Below the pieces are notes generated by a model. The model was not told the origin of the DNA. It saw nothing but the letters and a program-made list of their open reading frames with translations, and did not search any database. The translations under genes and the position numbers were made by a program. Below are positions 23,053-34,626 of a stretch of 64,000 nucleotides of DNA, piece after piece (position 1 is the first letter of the stretch; each line of letters starts with the position of its first letter). This stretch comes from an uncultured Chloroflexia bacterium. Its GTDB lineage: Bacteria; Chloroflexota; Anaerolineae; CG2-30-64-16. The DNA lies in contig CAWEMM010000007.1 of assembly GCA_963810095.1 (NCBI GenBank), positions 1 through 64,000 of the forward strand, in the 5' to 3' direction.

Positions 23053-23628
23053 ATGAAGCTTCGCAGACTCTCGTTCCTAATTGCGGCCGTCATGATTGTG
23101 ACCCTCACGCTGGCCGGCTCGGCGTCTGCGGACCCGCCGAAGGAGGACTTTTACTTCAGGTGGGGACCAGCGGACTACGATTTGTGGACCAGCGTGGGCG
23201 GTGAGGACTTCTGCCCCGTGCAGACTGGCAATGCATGGCACTCGGAGTGTGGAGTCTGGCCCTGGTACGTCGTCGGTTCGACGAATCCGATGATCAGCGG
23301 AATCTACATCTGGCGAGTGCAGACCTTGAACGGGTTCTATGACCCCGAATGGGGGTTCTGGCCTCAGCCCCAGATGCGTGGTACATGGACCATTCAGTCG
23401 GAGAACACTGCCGACTATTGGGAAGGCACATACGAGGTCGTGGACAACTGGCAGGGAGAATATAACCACACCATCTCGAAGATGGTTGGGCACGGTCACG
23501 GCGCCTTCGCTGGTTGGCTGCTCAAGGGAGACTACTACTTCGATGAGGTAGAGTCAGGATCGTCTCCGTACGGCGACTTCTGGCCCGCGGTCTCGGGTGT
23601 ACTGATCCACACGGGCAAGGCGGAGTAG
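23053..23628 (+). CDS. Secreted aromatic-rich hypothetical protein
   Basis: AGGAGGT RBS; signal peptide ending ASA; Trp/Tyr/Gly-rich sequence. Confidence 0.8.
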   Translation: MKLRRLSFLIAAVMIVTLTLAGSASADPPKEDFYFRWGPADYDLWTSVGGEDFCPVQTGNAWHSECGVWPWYVVGSTNPMISGIYIWRVQTLNGFYDPEWGFWPQPQMRGTWTIQSENTADYWEGTYEVVDNWQGEYNHTISKMVGHGHGAFAGWLLKGDYYFDEVESGSSPYGDFWPAVSGVLIHTGKAE

Positions 23629-23871
23629 ACAATACAGGTAGGGGCTTGCACAGGTTGCGGAGGTGCGGCCGTGGAGACGAAACTGCCCGTACTGGTCATC
23701 CTCGGGCTCATTGTTCGAGGCAGGACGTGCTTAAGAAGCGAGAGACGTGGGGGACCGATCACACGGCCGAACTGATGGACAAGCTGGTTGCGGAGATGAA
23801 GAGCAGCAAGTAGCGCGAGCGGGCGGATGGGGACGCGAAGGCGCGAAGTGCATGCTTCGCGCCTTCGGCGT

Positions 23872-24700
23872 TCAGCGCACCGCCGTCGCGATATTCGCGG
23901 CGGTCGGCACGACGAGCAGGCCGTCGCGGGTATATCGCCCCACTTCGCCTGCGATTTCCGCGCTGATCTCTGCCTGCAGCGCCGTCTGCGAGTCCCCATC
24001 CAGCTGCTGATACGGTGGGGATCACCGCGGCCGCGCTGCGAATCGTCAGCCTCACGAACTGGGCCGGATCCGGGAAACGGGCCTCTTGCGTCACCTGTTC
24101 CACTTCGACGCGACGAAAGCCCGCACCCTGCAGGACCTCGCGCAGCGCAGTCGGATCGCCGAAGGCATAAGGCGTCGCGATGCTGGCCGTCGGGAGTCCC
24201 GTGTGATGGGAGATCGCGTCGAAGAGGTGCTCGAAGAACGCATTTTGCGCGAGCGGCTGCCACACCTCCACCACCGCCCGGCCGCCCGAACGCAGCACCC
24301 GGTGCATCTCGGCCGCGGCTCTCGGTTTATCCTTAAAGAATTGAAACCCTTGCTGGCAGGTCACCAGGTCGAACTCGCCAGCAGAGAAGGGCAGGTCCTC
24401 GGCCTCGCCCTCGCGCCAGTCGATCTCATCGCAGTGGTCGGAAAACTGGCGGCACGCGACGGCCAGCATCGCGGGGTTGATGTCCAGCCCCACGACCTGC
24501 CCGCCCGGCTTAACCAGGGGCACGATCGAGCGAGCGACCACACCTGTGCCGCACGCAACATCCAGAGCCCGCTCCCCGGGCTGCGGCCGGGCGCGCTGGA
24601 GCAACAGGGGCGTCCAGTAGCGAAACATGCCTGCGACAAAAAAGCGCTCATACGTCTCGGCTGCCCTGTATGCAGGAGTTGCCGTAACATCCGTTTCCAT
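23872..24700 (-). CDS. Class I SAM-dependent methyltransferase; frameshift near 24010
   Basis: LDVACGTG motif I, GLDIN, LPF...FDLV; a better C-terminus in another frame ends at TGA 23872. Confidence 0.85.
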
Positions 24701-24839
24701 TAGTGTCCCCCGTCAAAACAGTTAGAGCGGGCTGGTCACGCGCATGGTACGCCGCCGGGCGAATCGCCGCAAGTGGCTGAGATTCCACTGTGAGGGGGCC
24801 CGCGCCTGGGGGTTGGAGGGCGAAGGCGCAAAGGGCTTA

Positions 24840-25043
24840 GGAACGCGAAGGCGCGAAGGCAGCCGAAGTCGCGAAGCGCGAAGACACGAAGCGCGAAGAC
24901 TTTGGAACGCGAAGGCGCGAAGGTGGCCGAAGTCGCGAAGCGCGAAGACACGAAGCGCGAAGCTCCATTGCCATGGAACTTCGCGCTTCACGCGCTTCGT
25001 TTACCTTCCTGCCTTCGTGTTCCTAACCATTCGCGCGTTTCAG
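24840..25043. repeat. Tandem 64-bp duplication within a CGCGAAG-rich element (family C)
   Basis: Near-identical units start at 24840 and 24904, followed by an inverted cttcgcg-rich arm; shorter relatives at about 23831-23876 and 31262-31322. Confidence 0.8.
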
Positions 25044-25044
25044 C

Positions 25045-28000
25045 TTACTCGGTTACGACGAACTGGCTGCCTGCGCCCCGTCCCCACACGTCGGGGAAGT
25101 ACATCTGTGACGCGGTGACCGGAAGCGTCATGAACGTGCCGGGCAGGCTCGCCCGGATCGAGTAGGTGAACTGGTAGGAGCCCGGGTCGAGGCTGGTCGC
25201 AAACAGCACGGCCTTGTCGTCGCGCAGGTCGACGTGCGTCGGCGTCCACCACCACCCGATCTTCTGGCTCGGGTCCTTCTCCGAGTTCTTTTCCACCTGC
25301 GGCCCCTCGACCTGCTGGCTGGTGGTGCGCAGGCTCGTGTCCACGACCTCCATGCCGGCGGGGAGCGGGTCCTCGACCATCACGTAGTACGACGAGTGGG
25401 GCACGACGAGCGTGACCTTGACCTGGATCACATCGCCGACCTTGGCCGACGTGGTCGCCGGGCATTCCTTCTCAGGCTGCCCCGGCGCCGGCGGCGGATT
25501 CCCACAGTCGGCCAGGCGGTACTCGCGGCTCACCGCGAAGCCCCGGTTGGCCGGCTCGATCTCCTGTACAGGCAAGAAGGTTCGCAGGTACGCGGTGTAG
25601 TACATCGCGCCGGCCGAGTCGGCCGTCTGGCCGCCCGTCGCAGTCCGGCCGAGCACGAGCGCGTTCGTCTGGTCGATCAGGAGCTGCTTGATGTCGGCCC
25701 GCAGCGAGGTGACCTGGTCCACCGTCTGCGGCGTGACCGTGCCGTTGCCCAGGGGCTGCCCGTTGAGCGTGACCGTCCAGTCATAATCGCCCTTCAGCTC
25801 GCCGCTCGCCGCCATCCAGTCCGTGAGGCCGATGATCGACCACGCGTTTTCCTGGGTCGTGTCCCACCGGTCCGCGCTGCGTGCGCTCATGAGCCAGCGC
25901 ACCGCATTGGGCGTCAGGCTGTTCTTCGGATCGAGCTTCGCGAACGTGTCCACCACAATCGCGGTCGTTCGAATGTCGGTGTTCATATTCCAGTAGTCGG
26001 GCGTGCCCTCTTCCCAGTGCGCCGCCGTGGCCGAGGTGATCGCGCTGCCCGCCAGGTCGGCCAGTAGGGTCTTGATGCGGGCAGGGGCCGCTTCGTCGCC
26101 GACGAGGCCGAGCGCCTGGGCCAGGTAGGCCTTGCCAAACTGCCCCAGCTTCGCCTTCTGTTCGTACAGCGCGCCCAGCCGGTTCGGCTCCTTGTCGCCT
26201 GCCTCGGCCAGGGCATACAGCGTAAACGCCTGTTGGTTGAGCTCCGATTCGTTAAGGTTGGCCGGCGCCTTCAGCGTTCGCTTCAGGAATGCGATCCCGT
26301 TCTCCAGCACCCGCTCGTCGACGGTGAAGTCTGCCTGCTTCGCCTTCGCCAGCCCAAACACGACATAAGCGCTGACGGCCGGGTTGCTTTTGTCGTTATC
26401 CCACCAGCCCCAGCCGCCGTCGACGTGCTGCTTGGCATACAACCGCTGCAGCCCGACGCCTACCTGCTGCGGCAGCTTCGCGTCCAGGTCCGTGCGCTGC
26501 ACCCCCAGCGTCTTCAAGGCGTCGAAAGTCACCACGTTGGGCAAGAAGCGGCTGAGCGTCTGCTCGACGCACTCGTATGGGTAGTGCTCGAGGTAGGTGA
26601 GCCCACCGAGCATGCCCGCGGCCAGGCTTGGCTCGACGTTGACGAGCAGTTCGCCACGTGTCGGATCGGCGTTCGCTGGCACGCGGATCAGTTCGAGCGC
26701 ATCCTTGCCAAGCTCCACGCTTCCCGCGGTGCCCACCACCTCGGGCGTCGTGTAGCGCCGGACGGGCAGCGTGACCTCGACCGCGTCGCTCAACTTGACC
26801 ATCGAGGCCGCGGCCTGCATGTTTACGACGACTTCCGCCGCGTCGCCGGTCGTCTCGACGGGCCAGGTCGCCTTGTAGGTGCCACCCGCGGGGATAGTCG
26901 CCGTGCCGTCGGTCTTGCCGGCGAATCGGAGGCCCTGCGCGCCGGCGCTGAAGGCTACGTCGAGACTGCGGTCCGTCGTGTTGTGGATGACGGCCGCGAT
27001 CTCGGCCTTGTCGCCCGCGGTGAAGAAGCGCGGAAGGACGGGCCGGATCAGCAGTTCCTTCGTCGCCACGATTTCCGTGGTCGACTGGCCGACGCGGGTG
27101 TCTTCGCTCGCTGCCCGGGCGTCCATCACCCAGGTGGTCAGGTTGTCGGGCAGGGTGACCTGCACCGACGCCTTCCCGTTGGCGTCCGTCTGCACCGACG
27201 CGCGCCAGTAGGCGATGTCGGGGAATTCGCTGCGGACGGTCAGCCCCTCGCCGCCGCCACCGGCACCGCCGCCGCCCTTGCCCTCGCCCGCCAGCTGCGC
27301 GACCAGCCGGTCGATGTTGAGCACGAGCGTCAGACCGGTCTGGACGCCCAGGCCGCGCTCGTTGTAGAAGCGATCCAGGATCTTCCCCGCCTGGTCTGGT
27401 GCCAGCGTGAGCACGGCCTTGTCGACGAGGGCGAGCGACACGTCTGCGGGCACGCCCTTGCCGGTCGAGTCCACCGTCTGGACGTCCCAGGTCACGGTCG
27501 AGCGTGGCGTCACCTGCAGTGTTTCAGATACGCCCGCGGTGCCCGACACCACGCCCGTCGAGGTCGCGGCGCCGAGGCGGGGGGTCATGATCACTTTCAA
27601 CTGGCGCGGCTCCGTGGAGACGTTCAGTTGCGTGAGCCCGAGCTTGAACGAAGGTGCCGGGCTCGTCGCATCGGTGCCCTTCATTATCGTCACGGACACG
27701 AACGCGTTTGGCACATACTGGTCGGTGATCGGGAGCTTGAGCACCTGGCTGTTCGTGGTCAGGTTGATGACCTGGTGGTCGATCACCCGGCCGCGTTCGA
27801 TGGTGACCAGCGCCTTCACCTGGCCTTGATAGGGGCTCGGGATCAGGACCTCGGCCGTGTCGCCAACCTTGTACTCGTTCTTGTCGGCCACCAGCTTGAT
27901 GCGGTCGTTGTTCTCCTGGCGCCAGGCCACGTAGTCGGTGCCCGAGACCCACATGTACGCGCCGCTGCGGAGGATGTTGCCCTTCGAGTCGCGGGCAGTT

Positions 28001-31000
28001 GCGTCAATCTTGTACTCGCCGGCCTGGGCGGGTGTCCAGTCGAGCACCGCGGCGCCGTTTGCGTCGGTGGTCACGGTCTCGGTGAGGACCCCCGTCTTCT
28101 TCGGCCGGGTGACCCAGTAGTAGTTGCCGTCCTCCAGCTTCTCGCGCACGCTGCGCCATTCGACCTCGCTCACCACCAGGTCCACTTTTTGACCGGCGAC
28201 GGGCTTGCTCTGGGGGTCGACCGTGAGCACGTCGACCTGGCCCTTCTGGCCCGCCTGCAGCACGTAGCCGCGCGGCGCCAGCCCCACGTAGAACTCGCCC
28301 TTGTGGACGATTGCCGTGGCCTGGGTCGAAACGGCCTGGTTGTTCAAGTCCTGGATCGTGATATCGAATGTGAAGCGCTGGCTGCCCGGGTACTTGCTGA
28401 TGTCGGCGGGAACGGTGAAGGTGGTCTCACCCGTCGCGTCGGTCTGCGCCGTGCCCTGGCTGATCATGGCCCCCCACGGATTGAAGCGGGTCGGATCCCA
28501 CCAGTCGAAATCAGAGAAGCTGTACCAGGGCGCCCCCTCACCCCTCTTGTAGTCGAACGGCGCATCGGCCGAAGTCAGCACCCACTTCACCTTGGCGTTC
28601 TTGACCGGGCCGCCGAAGAAGTAGTCGGCCTGCGCCGTCACCTGGATCTGGTCGCCCTGGCTGTACTCGGGCTTGTCGGTCTGGCCGCTGACCTGGTACT
28701 CGGGCTTGCGGTACTCGGCCACCTGGAAGCCCACGCCGAAACCGACCGACTCGCTCAGGAGCATGTTGATGCCGTAGTAGCCGGTTCCCGCGTCGGGCCC
28801 CAGCTCGAGGCTGCCGTCGACCGTGCCCAGCGGCCCGACGACCTGCCGCTGCTGATAGACCATGTTGCCCTGGTTGTCGTTGATGGTCACGGTGACCGGC
28901 TGGCCCGGAGCAGGGAGGGAGTAGAGCGCGTCGTTGTCGCGCCGGATGATGCCCTTCCAGTACACGGTCTGGCCGGGACGGTAAATGGGGCGGTCCGTGT
29001 AGACATAACCTACATACGGCACCGCTTCGGCGCCACCGGGCAGCCCGAACTCCCAAGGGGCGATGCCATCGATCCAGCCGGTCGACGCAATGCCGAAGGG
29101 CCCGCTTTCGTCGCCCGCGATCGCGATGAACCCTTCCCAGGGCTTGCGTGTGCCGGGCAGCTTGACGGAAGCCACCCCGTCGCGGTCCGTCTTGGCACTG
29201 ACGTCGTTCGTGCCGTCGGTGAAGCGGACGTTCACGCCGGGCAGCGGTTGGCCGGTCTTCAGGTCGGTCACCCAGGCCATGGCCTCGCTGCCATTCGCCT
29301 TCAGCGTCACGTTGGCGTTCGTGCGCACGATCAGCTGGCGCGGCGGCCGGGCGTCCTGCATCGTGGCGCCCGTCACGCCCAGGTAATAGACGCCGGGCGG
29401 CAGCGGCTTGCCGGCGGCGTCGACAAGCGGCTCGCGCACGTACTTGCTCTGGTTGCGCGGCGCGTCCGTTTCGCGGGTCCACTGGTGTACGAGCGCGTCC
29501 TTTGCGGGCCGGTACCTGTCCCAGGTCTCCCACTGGTTCTTGCCCGTCAGCCGGACGAGCTCCTCAGGCGAGACTTTGGACAGGCTGAAGCCGAGTTCGG
29601 GCACATTCCGGTAGAGCACGACGGCTTGGGTGTTCGTGTACGCATTGTAGGTGCCGAACTGCTGCTGGTTGTTCAGCTGCACCAGCGGATCGAGATCGCC
29701 CGTCCGGAACTTGAAGGTCGTGTCCTTGCCGAGCGTGTTACCGAACGGGTCGGCGAGCTTGCCCGAGATGGTGATGGAGTAGTCCGTGGCGGGCTGCTTG
29801 GCGAAGTCGATGAACAGCGCGCCGTCATACTCGTTATAGTAGGTCATGACCTGTGTCGGCTTGGGCAGCACGGTCACGGTGTCTGTGACAAACGAAGCCG
29901 GGTTCATGGGCGAAGCGAAGACGACCCGCACGTTGCGATCGGGGCGCACGCCTTTCGCTCCACCAGCGGGTTCGGTTGCGGTAATGCGCGGCAGCTTCAC
30001 CGTCTCGAAGGGGAACCCGGTGCTTTCCTGCACGGTGCCCGCGCCGTTGGCCGCCTTAGCGCTGGTCGCGACCCGTGCGACATAACGCGCGCCGAACTTG
30101 AGCAGCTCGCTCGGCTTGAAGCCCAATTCCGTCGCGGCGCCGTTCCAGGTGAACGCGCCCGCGACCGGCTTGCCGTCCGGATCGGTCAGTGAAAACGCCG
30201 CTTCCGTGGATGACTTGTCCATCGGCATCGAGAAGGTTGCGGTAATCGGCCTGTCGATGCGGACGTTGACGTTGTTCTCGGGCGTCCACTTCAGGATGGA
30301 CGGCGCAATGGTGCTGAAGGTGAACGTATACGGCTTGTCGAGCACCCCGCCCGTGGTGTCTGCCAGCCCGGGCTTGACCGTGACGGTGTACACCGTGGAA
30401 CCGCCCAGCCCAGGGTCGGGCGTGAGGCGATACATGCTCGTGTTGATCCACTCACCCTTGCCCTGTACGGTTGGGGTGATGACCAGGGGTTGGGGCAGCG
30501 CGGCCTGCTCGGCCGCGGGCACCAGGGGCACGACGGGACGGTTGAACGCGACGGTAATTGCGCTGTCCGCGCTGACCTCGCTCGCACCGTTTGCGGGCTG
30601 GGTGCTGGCGACTTCCAGGAAGCCGGCCGTGACGAACTTGAACGTGACGTCACGCAGCAGCTTCAGGCCGCTGGTGCTCGCTGCGTTTGCGGCCAGGGTG
30701 ACCCGGTATTCCTTGTTCCGCTCCAAGCGCTCGGTCGGGCTGAAGGTGAGCGCGTTGCCGCTGACCTTGACCTCGCCCGGCACCTTCGGCTCGATGCTGA
30801 ACGCGCTGCTGGTGCTGGCGGGGTCCATCGGCTGATCGAACGTGACGACGACCGGCGCAGAAATGACCTGCTCCTCGCCCGCGATCGGGCGTGATGCTGA
30901 CCACGGTGGGTGGCAGCGGTGCGCGCGTCGGGGTGGGCGCGGCGGAACTCGTCGGTGCGGTGGCCTGTGTTGCCGCGGCCGCCTGCACGGGCGCCTTGCT

Positions 31001-31126
31001 TTGCGCCGCTTCGGCGGCTGCAGCCAGGGGCGCGGCAGGGGGTGCCGCAGGCGCCCTGCCGCCACACGCGGTAAGCGTGAGAAGGACGATGATCGCAACG
31101 ACTGAGAAACTGCGACGGATACGCAT
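25045..31126 (-). CDS. Alpha-2-macroglobulin family lipoprotein with N-terminal Ig-like (Big_5) repeats; frameshift near 30880
   Basis: GGAGG RBS and lipobox LTAC; YTDRPIYRPGQ, LPDNLTTW, thioester YPYECVEQ, DGGWGWW, MYFPDVWGR. Confidence 0.92.
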
Positions 31127-31328
31127 GACCACCTCCACTACAGGGACACCCACACCGGACATAGGCGGAGAATGCCGCGCGAGCGGCTACCAGCCCTGTG
31201 ACGCTGATTTGTTGCAGCTAGTTCCTGATTCTGCACGCCGCGCTGGAATGCGACGGGGTTGGGAACATGAAGGTGCACAGCTGCGCTCCGCGCCCTTCGT
31301 TGGCCTTCGCGCTTCGCATTCAAACCCT

Positions 31329-34121
31329 CTACCGTTCCACCGTGATCACCACTTCAGGACTCACCACCTGGACGCCATCGTTGCGAGTCGCCCAGGCACC
31401 GAACACATGGCGGCCCTCTTGCAGCGGCCACCAGGCCGTGTAGTCGGGTCCCTCGACCACCGCGAACGGCGCGCCGTCCACGGTCAACGTCACCCGGTCT
31501 GCCGCGAAAGCGGGCAGGGCGGTGACGGGCGCCTGCTGCGCACTGAGCGGCAAGCCCGGATCGATGCGCAGGGAGCGGCCCGGATCGGGGCTGACGAGGC
31601 GCAGCGGCGCCCCGGCCGCGTTCGGCAAGCTCGCGAGCTGGCCCTGGACGGCCGGCTGGAGCCCCGCGAACTGCGGTATGTCGTTCTCGCGCGCCCAAGC
31701 CTGGTACTCCGGCCCGAGCTGCCAAATGACCTCCGGCCGGGCGCCTGGCGTGCCGGCCGGCACCTGCCGGCCCGTGCGGGGGTCGAGCATGACGCGCAGA
31801 TGCTGCCGGTCGACCTCCGTGGGCTCGGTTCCCTCGATGAACCACTCCAGCCGCCGGGCCGGGCAGGCGACAACGTGTGGCCCTTCCGCTTCGGCCGGCA
31901 GGTTCCCCGCAAAGGGCAGCAGGCCGGAATCCGCGCAGACCTCCTGCTGGACGAGGCCATCCGGCACGGCAAACGCCGCCGCGGGCTGCCCGGCCGTAAC
32001 TGCCCGCATGAAGTCGCGCCAAATGGGGCCGGCGCCCGTGATGCCGCTGACGTCCTTCATGGGTGTGTTGTCTGCATTGCCCACCCACACGCCCGCCACC
32101 AGGTTGGGCGTGTAGCCCATGGTCCAGTTGTCGCGCCAGTCGCTCGTCGTGCCCGTCTTGGCCGCCGCGGGCCGGCCGATGTCGAGGCTGCTGCCTTCGC
32201 CGAAGGCGGGCCGCCGCGCCAGGTCGTCGCTGAGAATGTCGGTCAGGAGGAACGCGACCCGTTCGTCGATGACACGCTGGCGTGCAGTCTTGGTGCCGGC
32301 CGGGCTTCCTTCGACTGCGCTCCCTGCGGTCGCTCCGCTCAGGATGCCCGGCTCGTCGCCAGACGCACCCTGGGAGGGCAACCGTGGAGCATCCTTAGCG
32401 GAGGCCGTCCCGGTGGGACGAGACGCAGTCGAAGCGCGATCCACGGCGCCCGCGTCCGCCTCCGGGTGTCCCACGTCGGCGGCGAGACCCCCATCATGCG
32501 TCCATAGCGCCTTGCCATCCAGCGTCTCGATCCGCTCGATGGCATAGGGGGTCACCCGGTAGCCGCCGTTCGCCAGCGCACCATACGCGGCCGCCAGGTC
32601 GATGAGGCGGACCTCGCCGCCCCCCAGAGTCAGCGACAGGCCGTATCGCGGCTTCTCGCCGCTGCCCTCGGCCGGCTGGGCGGCCCGCTGCCAGGGAATG
32701 CCCAGAGCGCGCGCCAGGTCCACCAGGTTTCCCACCCCCACCGTGTCCAGCGCCCGCACCGCGGGAATGTTGTAGCTGTTTGCCAGTGCGGTGCGCAGTG
32801 TGACGGGGCCGTGATAGCGGCGGTCATAGTTGTTGGGCACGTAGGGCGAGCCCTCGGCGGTGGGGAAAGCCGTGCGGATATCGGGGATGATCGTGGCGGG
32901 CGTGAAGGGCGGGCGGCCCGCCTTCGCGGCAGCGAGGGGGTCCAGCGCCAGCGCATAGGTCAGCGGCTTGATGGCCGAGCCGGGCTGGCGCTCGGCCAGG
33001 GCCGCGTTGACCGCGCCACTGTGGCCGGCGTCAAAGTAATCCGGGCTGCCCACCATCGTGCGGATCGCACCGCTTGCCGGGTCGATGGCGACGAGCGCGG
33101 CGTTTTCCACTCGCCGGGACGGGTCGGCTTCCGCATCGCAGTTGACGCCGGGCAGCCCGCCTTCGACCACCGCGCAGGGCCGCAGTTGGGCAATGCGGCG
33201 GCTGACCGCGTTTTCCCCGGCTTGCTGCCAATCCAGGTCGAGCGTGGTGACCACCCGCAGCCCGCCTTGCGCAACCCGCTCGGCCGGAACAAGCGTTTCG
33301 AGCAGCCCCTGCACGTACATCACAAAGTGGGGGGCCCTAATGGGAAAGGGCGTGCTGGCGAAGCGCAGATCCTCTTCGCCAGCTTCGGCTGCCAGCTCTG
33401 CGGAGATAGCGCCGTGCTCGACCATGAGGCGCAGGACCGTGGCCTGCCGGTCGCGCGCCGCGTCCAGGTTCTCGACCGGGTTGTACCCTGCCGGCCACTG
33501 GGGCAGCCCGGCCAGCATCGCGCACTGGGCCAGGTCCAACTCGCCCGCGTGCACGCCGAAGTAGGCCTGCGCCGCCGCCTCGACACCTGTCGCATAGTGG
33601 CCGTAGTAGGTGGTGTTGAGGTAAAGCGCCAGCAGCTCATCCTTCGAGTACTTGCGCTCGAGCCGCCACGCCAGCCACGCCTCGCGCAGCTTGCGCGCCA
33701 AGGTGCGCTCCGTGCGCTCTGCCTCGGTCATCAGCAGGTTGCGCGCCAACTGCTGCGTGAGCGTGCTGGCGCCCGAAACTGTCTCCCCTGCCCGCAGGTT
33801 GAGCCACGCGGCGCGGGCGATAGCGATGGGATCAAAGCCCGGGTGGTGGTAGAAGTTGGCGTCCTCGGTCGCAACAGTCGCCGAGCGGCAAGCGGGCGGA
33901 ATGGCGTCGAGGGCCAGCGGGACGTGCTTGTTTCCCTGCGAGTCGATGGCCTCGTAGAGGACTCGACCGGACCCGTCGGTAATGAGAATGCTGGGCCGGG
34001 CCGGCTTCTGCAGCAGCGTATCGGGGTCGGGCAGGCGCGCGTAGAGCAGTGCCCCGGCCGCAGCGAGGACGGCCAGGACTGCGAGCACGATGACCAGCTT
34101 ACGCGTTGGGGGTCGACGCAC
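31329..34121 (-). CDS. pbpC: Penicillin-binding protein 1C
   Basis: Transglycosylase EDANFYHHPGFD, GASTLTQQL, RKLRE; transpeptidase SAIK, SYN, KTGT; adjacent to the A2M gene. Confidence 0.9.
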   Translation of the reverse strand: MRRPPTRKLVIVLAVLAVLAAAGALLYARLPDPDTLLQKPARPSILITDGSGRVLYEAIDSQGNKHVPLALDAIPPACRSATVATEDANFYHHPGFDPIAIARAAWLNLRAGETVSGASTLTQQLARNLLMTEAERTERTLARKLREAWLAWRLERKYSKDELLALYLNTTYYGHYATGVEAAAQAYFGVHAGELDLAQCAMLAGLPQWPAGYNPVENLDAARDRQATVLRLMVEHGAISAELAAEAGEEDLRFASTPFPIRAPHFVMYVQGLLETLVPAERVAQGGLRVVTTLDLDWQQAGENAVSRRIAQLRPCAVVEGGLPGVNCDAEADPSRRVENAALVAIDPASGAIRTMVGSPDYFDAGHSGAVNAALAERQPGSAIKPLTYALALDPLAAAKAGRPPFTPATIIPDIRTAFPTAEGSPYVPNNYDRRYHGPVTLRTALANSYNIPAVRALDTVGVGNLVDLARALGIPWQRAAQPAEGSGEKPRYGLSLTLGGGEVRLIDLAAAYGALANGGYRVTPYAIERIETLDGKALWTHDGGLAADVGHPEADAGAVDRASTASRPTGTASAKDAPRLPSQGASGDEPGILSGATAGSAVEGSPAGTKTARQRVIDERVAFLLTDILSDDLARRPAFGEGSSLDIGRPAAAKTGTTSDWRDNWTMGYTPNLVAGVWVGNADNTPMKDVSGITGAGPIWRDFMRAVTAGQPAAAFAVPDGLVQQEVCADSGLLPFAGNLPAEAEGPHVVACPARRLEWFIEGTEPTEVDRQHLRVMLDPRTGRQVPAGTPGARPEVIWQLGPEYQAWARENDIPQFAGLQPAVQGQLASLPNAAGAPLRLVSPDPGRSLRIDPGLPLSAQQAPVTALPAFAADRVTLTVDGAPFAVVEGPDYTAWWPLQEGRHVFGAWATRNDGVQVVSPEVVITVER

Positions 34122-34253
34122 GAGATAGCTCCGCCCTTACTACGCTGAAACACACCCGACGGTTCCCTAGAATCAAGACGCCGCCAGGGGTTCCGGGCGG
34201 CGATCAGGAAGGCCACACGAGGCCGTGTGGCGTGGCACTCGATCAGCGCTGGA

Positions 34254-34493
34254 TCAAGCGCGCCCGACACGCACTTGCCAGACCTCCGGGCCGCGTTCCA
34301 GGTAGTCCCAAGAGAACTGTCCCGTGTACTCCGCCTGGAACTGGTAATAGAGCGGCTTAGGGTCGTGATCGTTCACGAGCACGAAGGTCTCGCCCGGCGC
34401 GAGGTCCTCGAATGCGCCGAAAATCATCGGATGCCGCTGCGCAGGGGCAATCGTTCGCACGTCTACCGTCTTCTCAGCTACAGATGCACACAT
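34254..34493 (-). CDS. DUF2249 domain protein
   Basis: DVRTIAPAQRHPMIF...VNDHDPKPLYYQF...GPEVW signature. Confidence 0.88.
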   Translation of the reverse strand: MCASVAEKTVDVRTIAPAQRHPMIFGAFEDLAPGETFVLVNDHDPKPLYYQFQAEYTGQFSWDYLERGPEVWQVRVGRA

Positions 34494-34626
34494 TGCATAA
34501 CCTCCAAGTTGTCATTCGCGCCCTTGGAGAGGCAAGGACGCCGGCCGCGTTCTGGTGTCCGATTTCTCACGGCCTGGCGCCACTATACGCGCTTGTCGCC
34601 CTCGTGTCTTTGCGCTGGCGCAACCT

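Noticed and set aside
24840-24962. Possible CRISPR array
   Set aside because: Only two adjacent 64-bp units, with no unique spacers and no cas genes; it is a tandem duplication inside a REP-like element
26233-30192. 1319-aa plus-strand ORF, and similar long ORFs at 10866..13418 (-) and 54042..56351 (+)
   Set aside because: Antisense shadows of well-supported genes, expected from high-GC codon bias; no recognisable motifs
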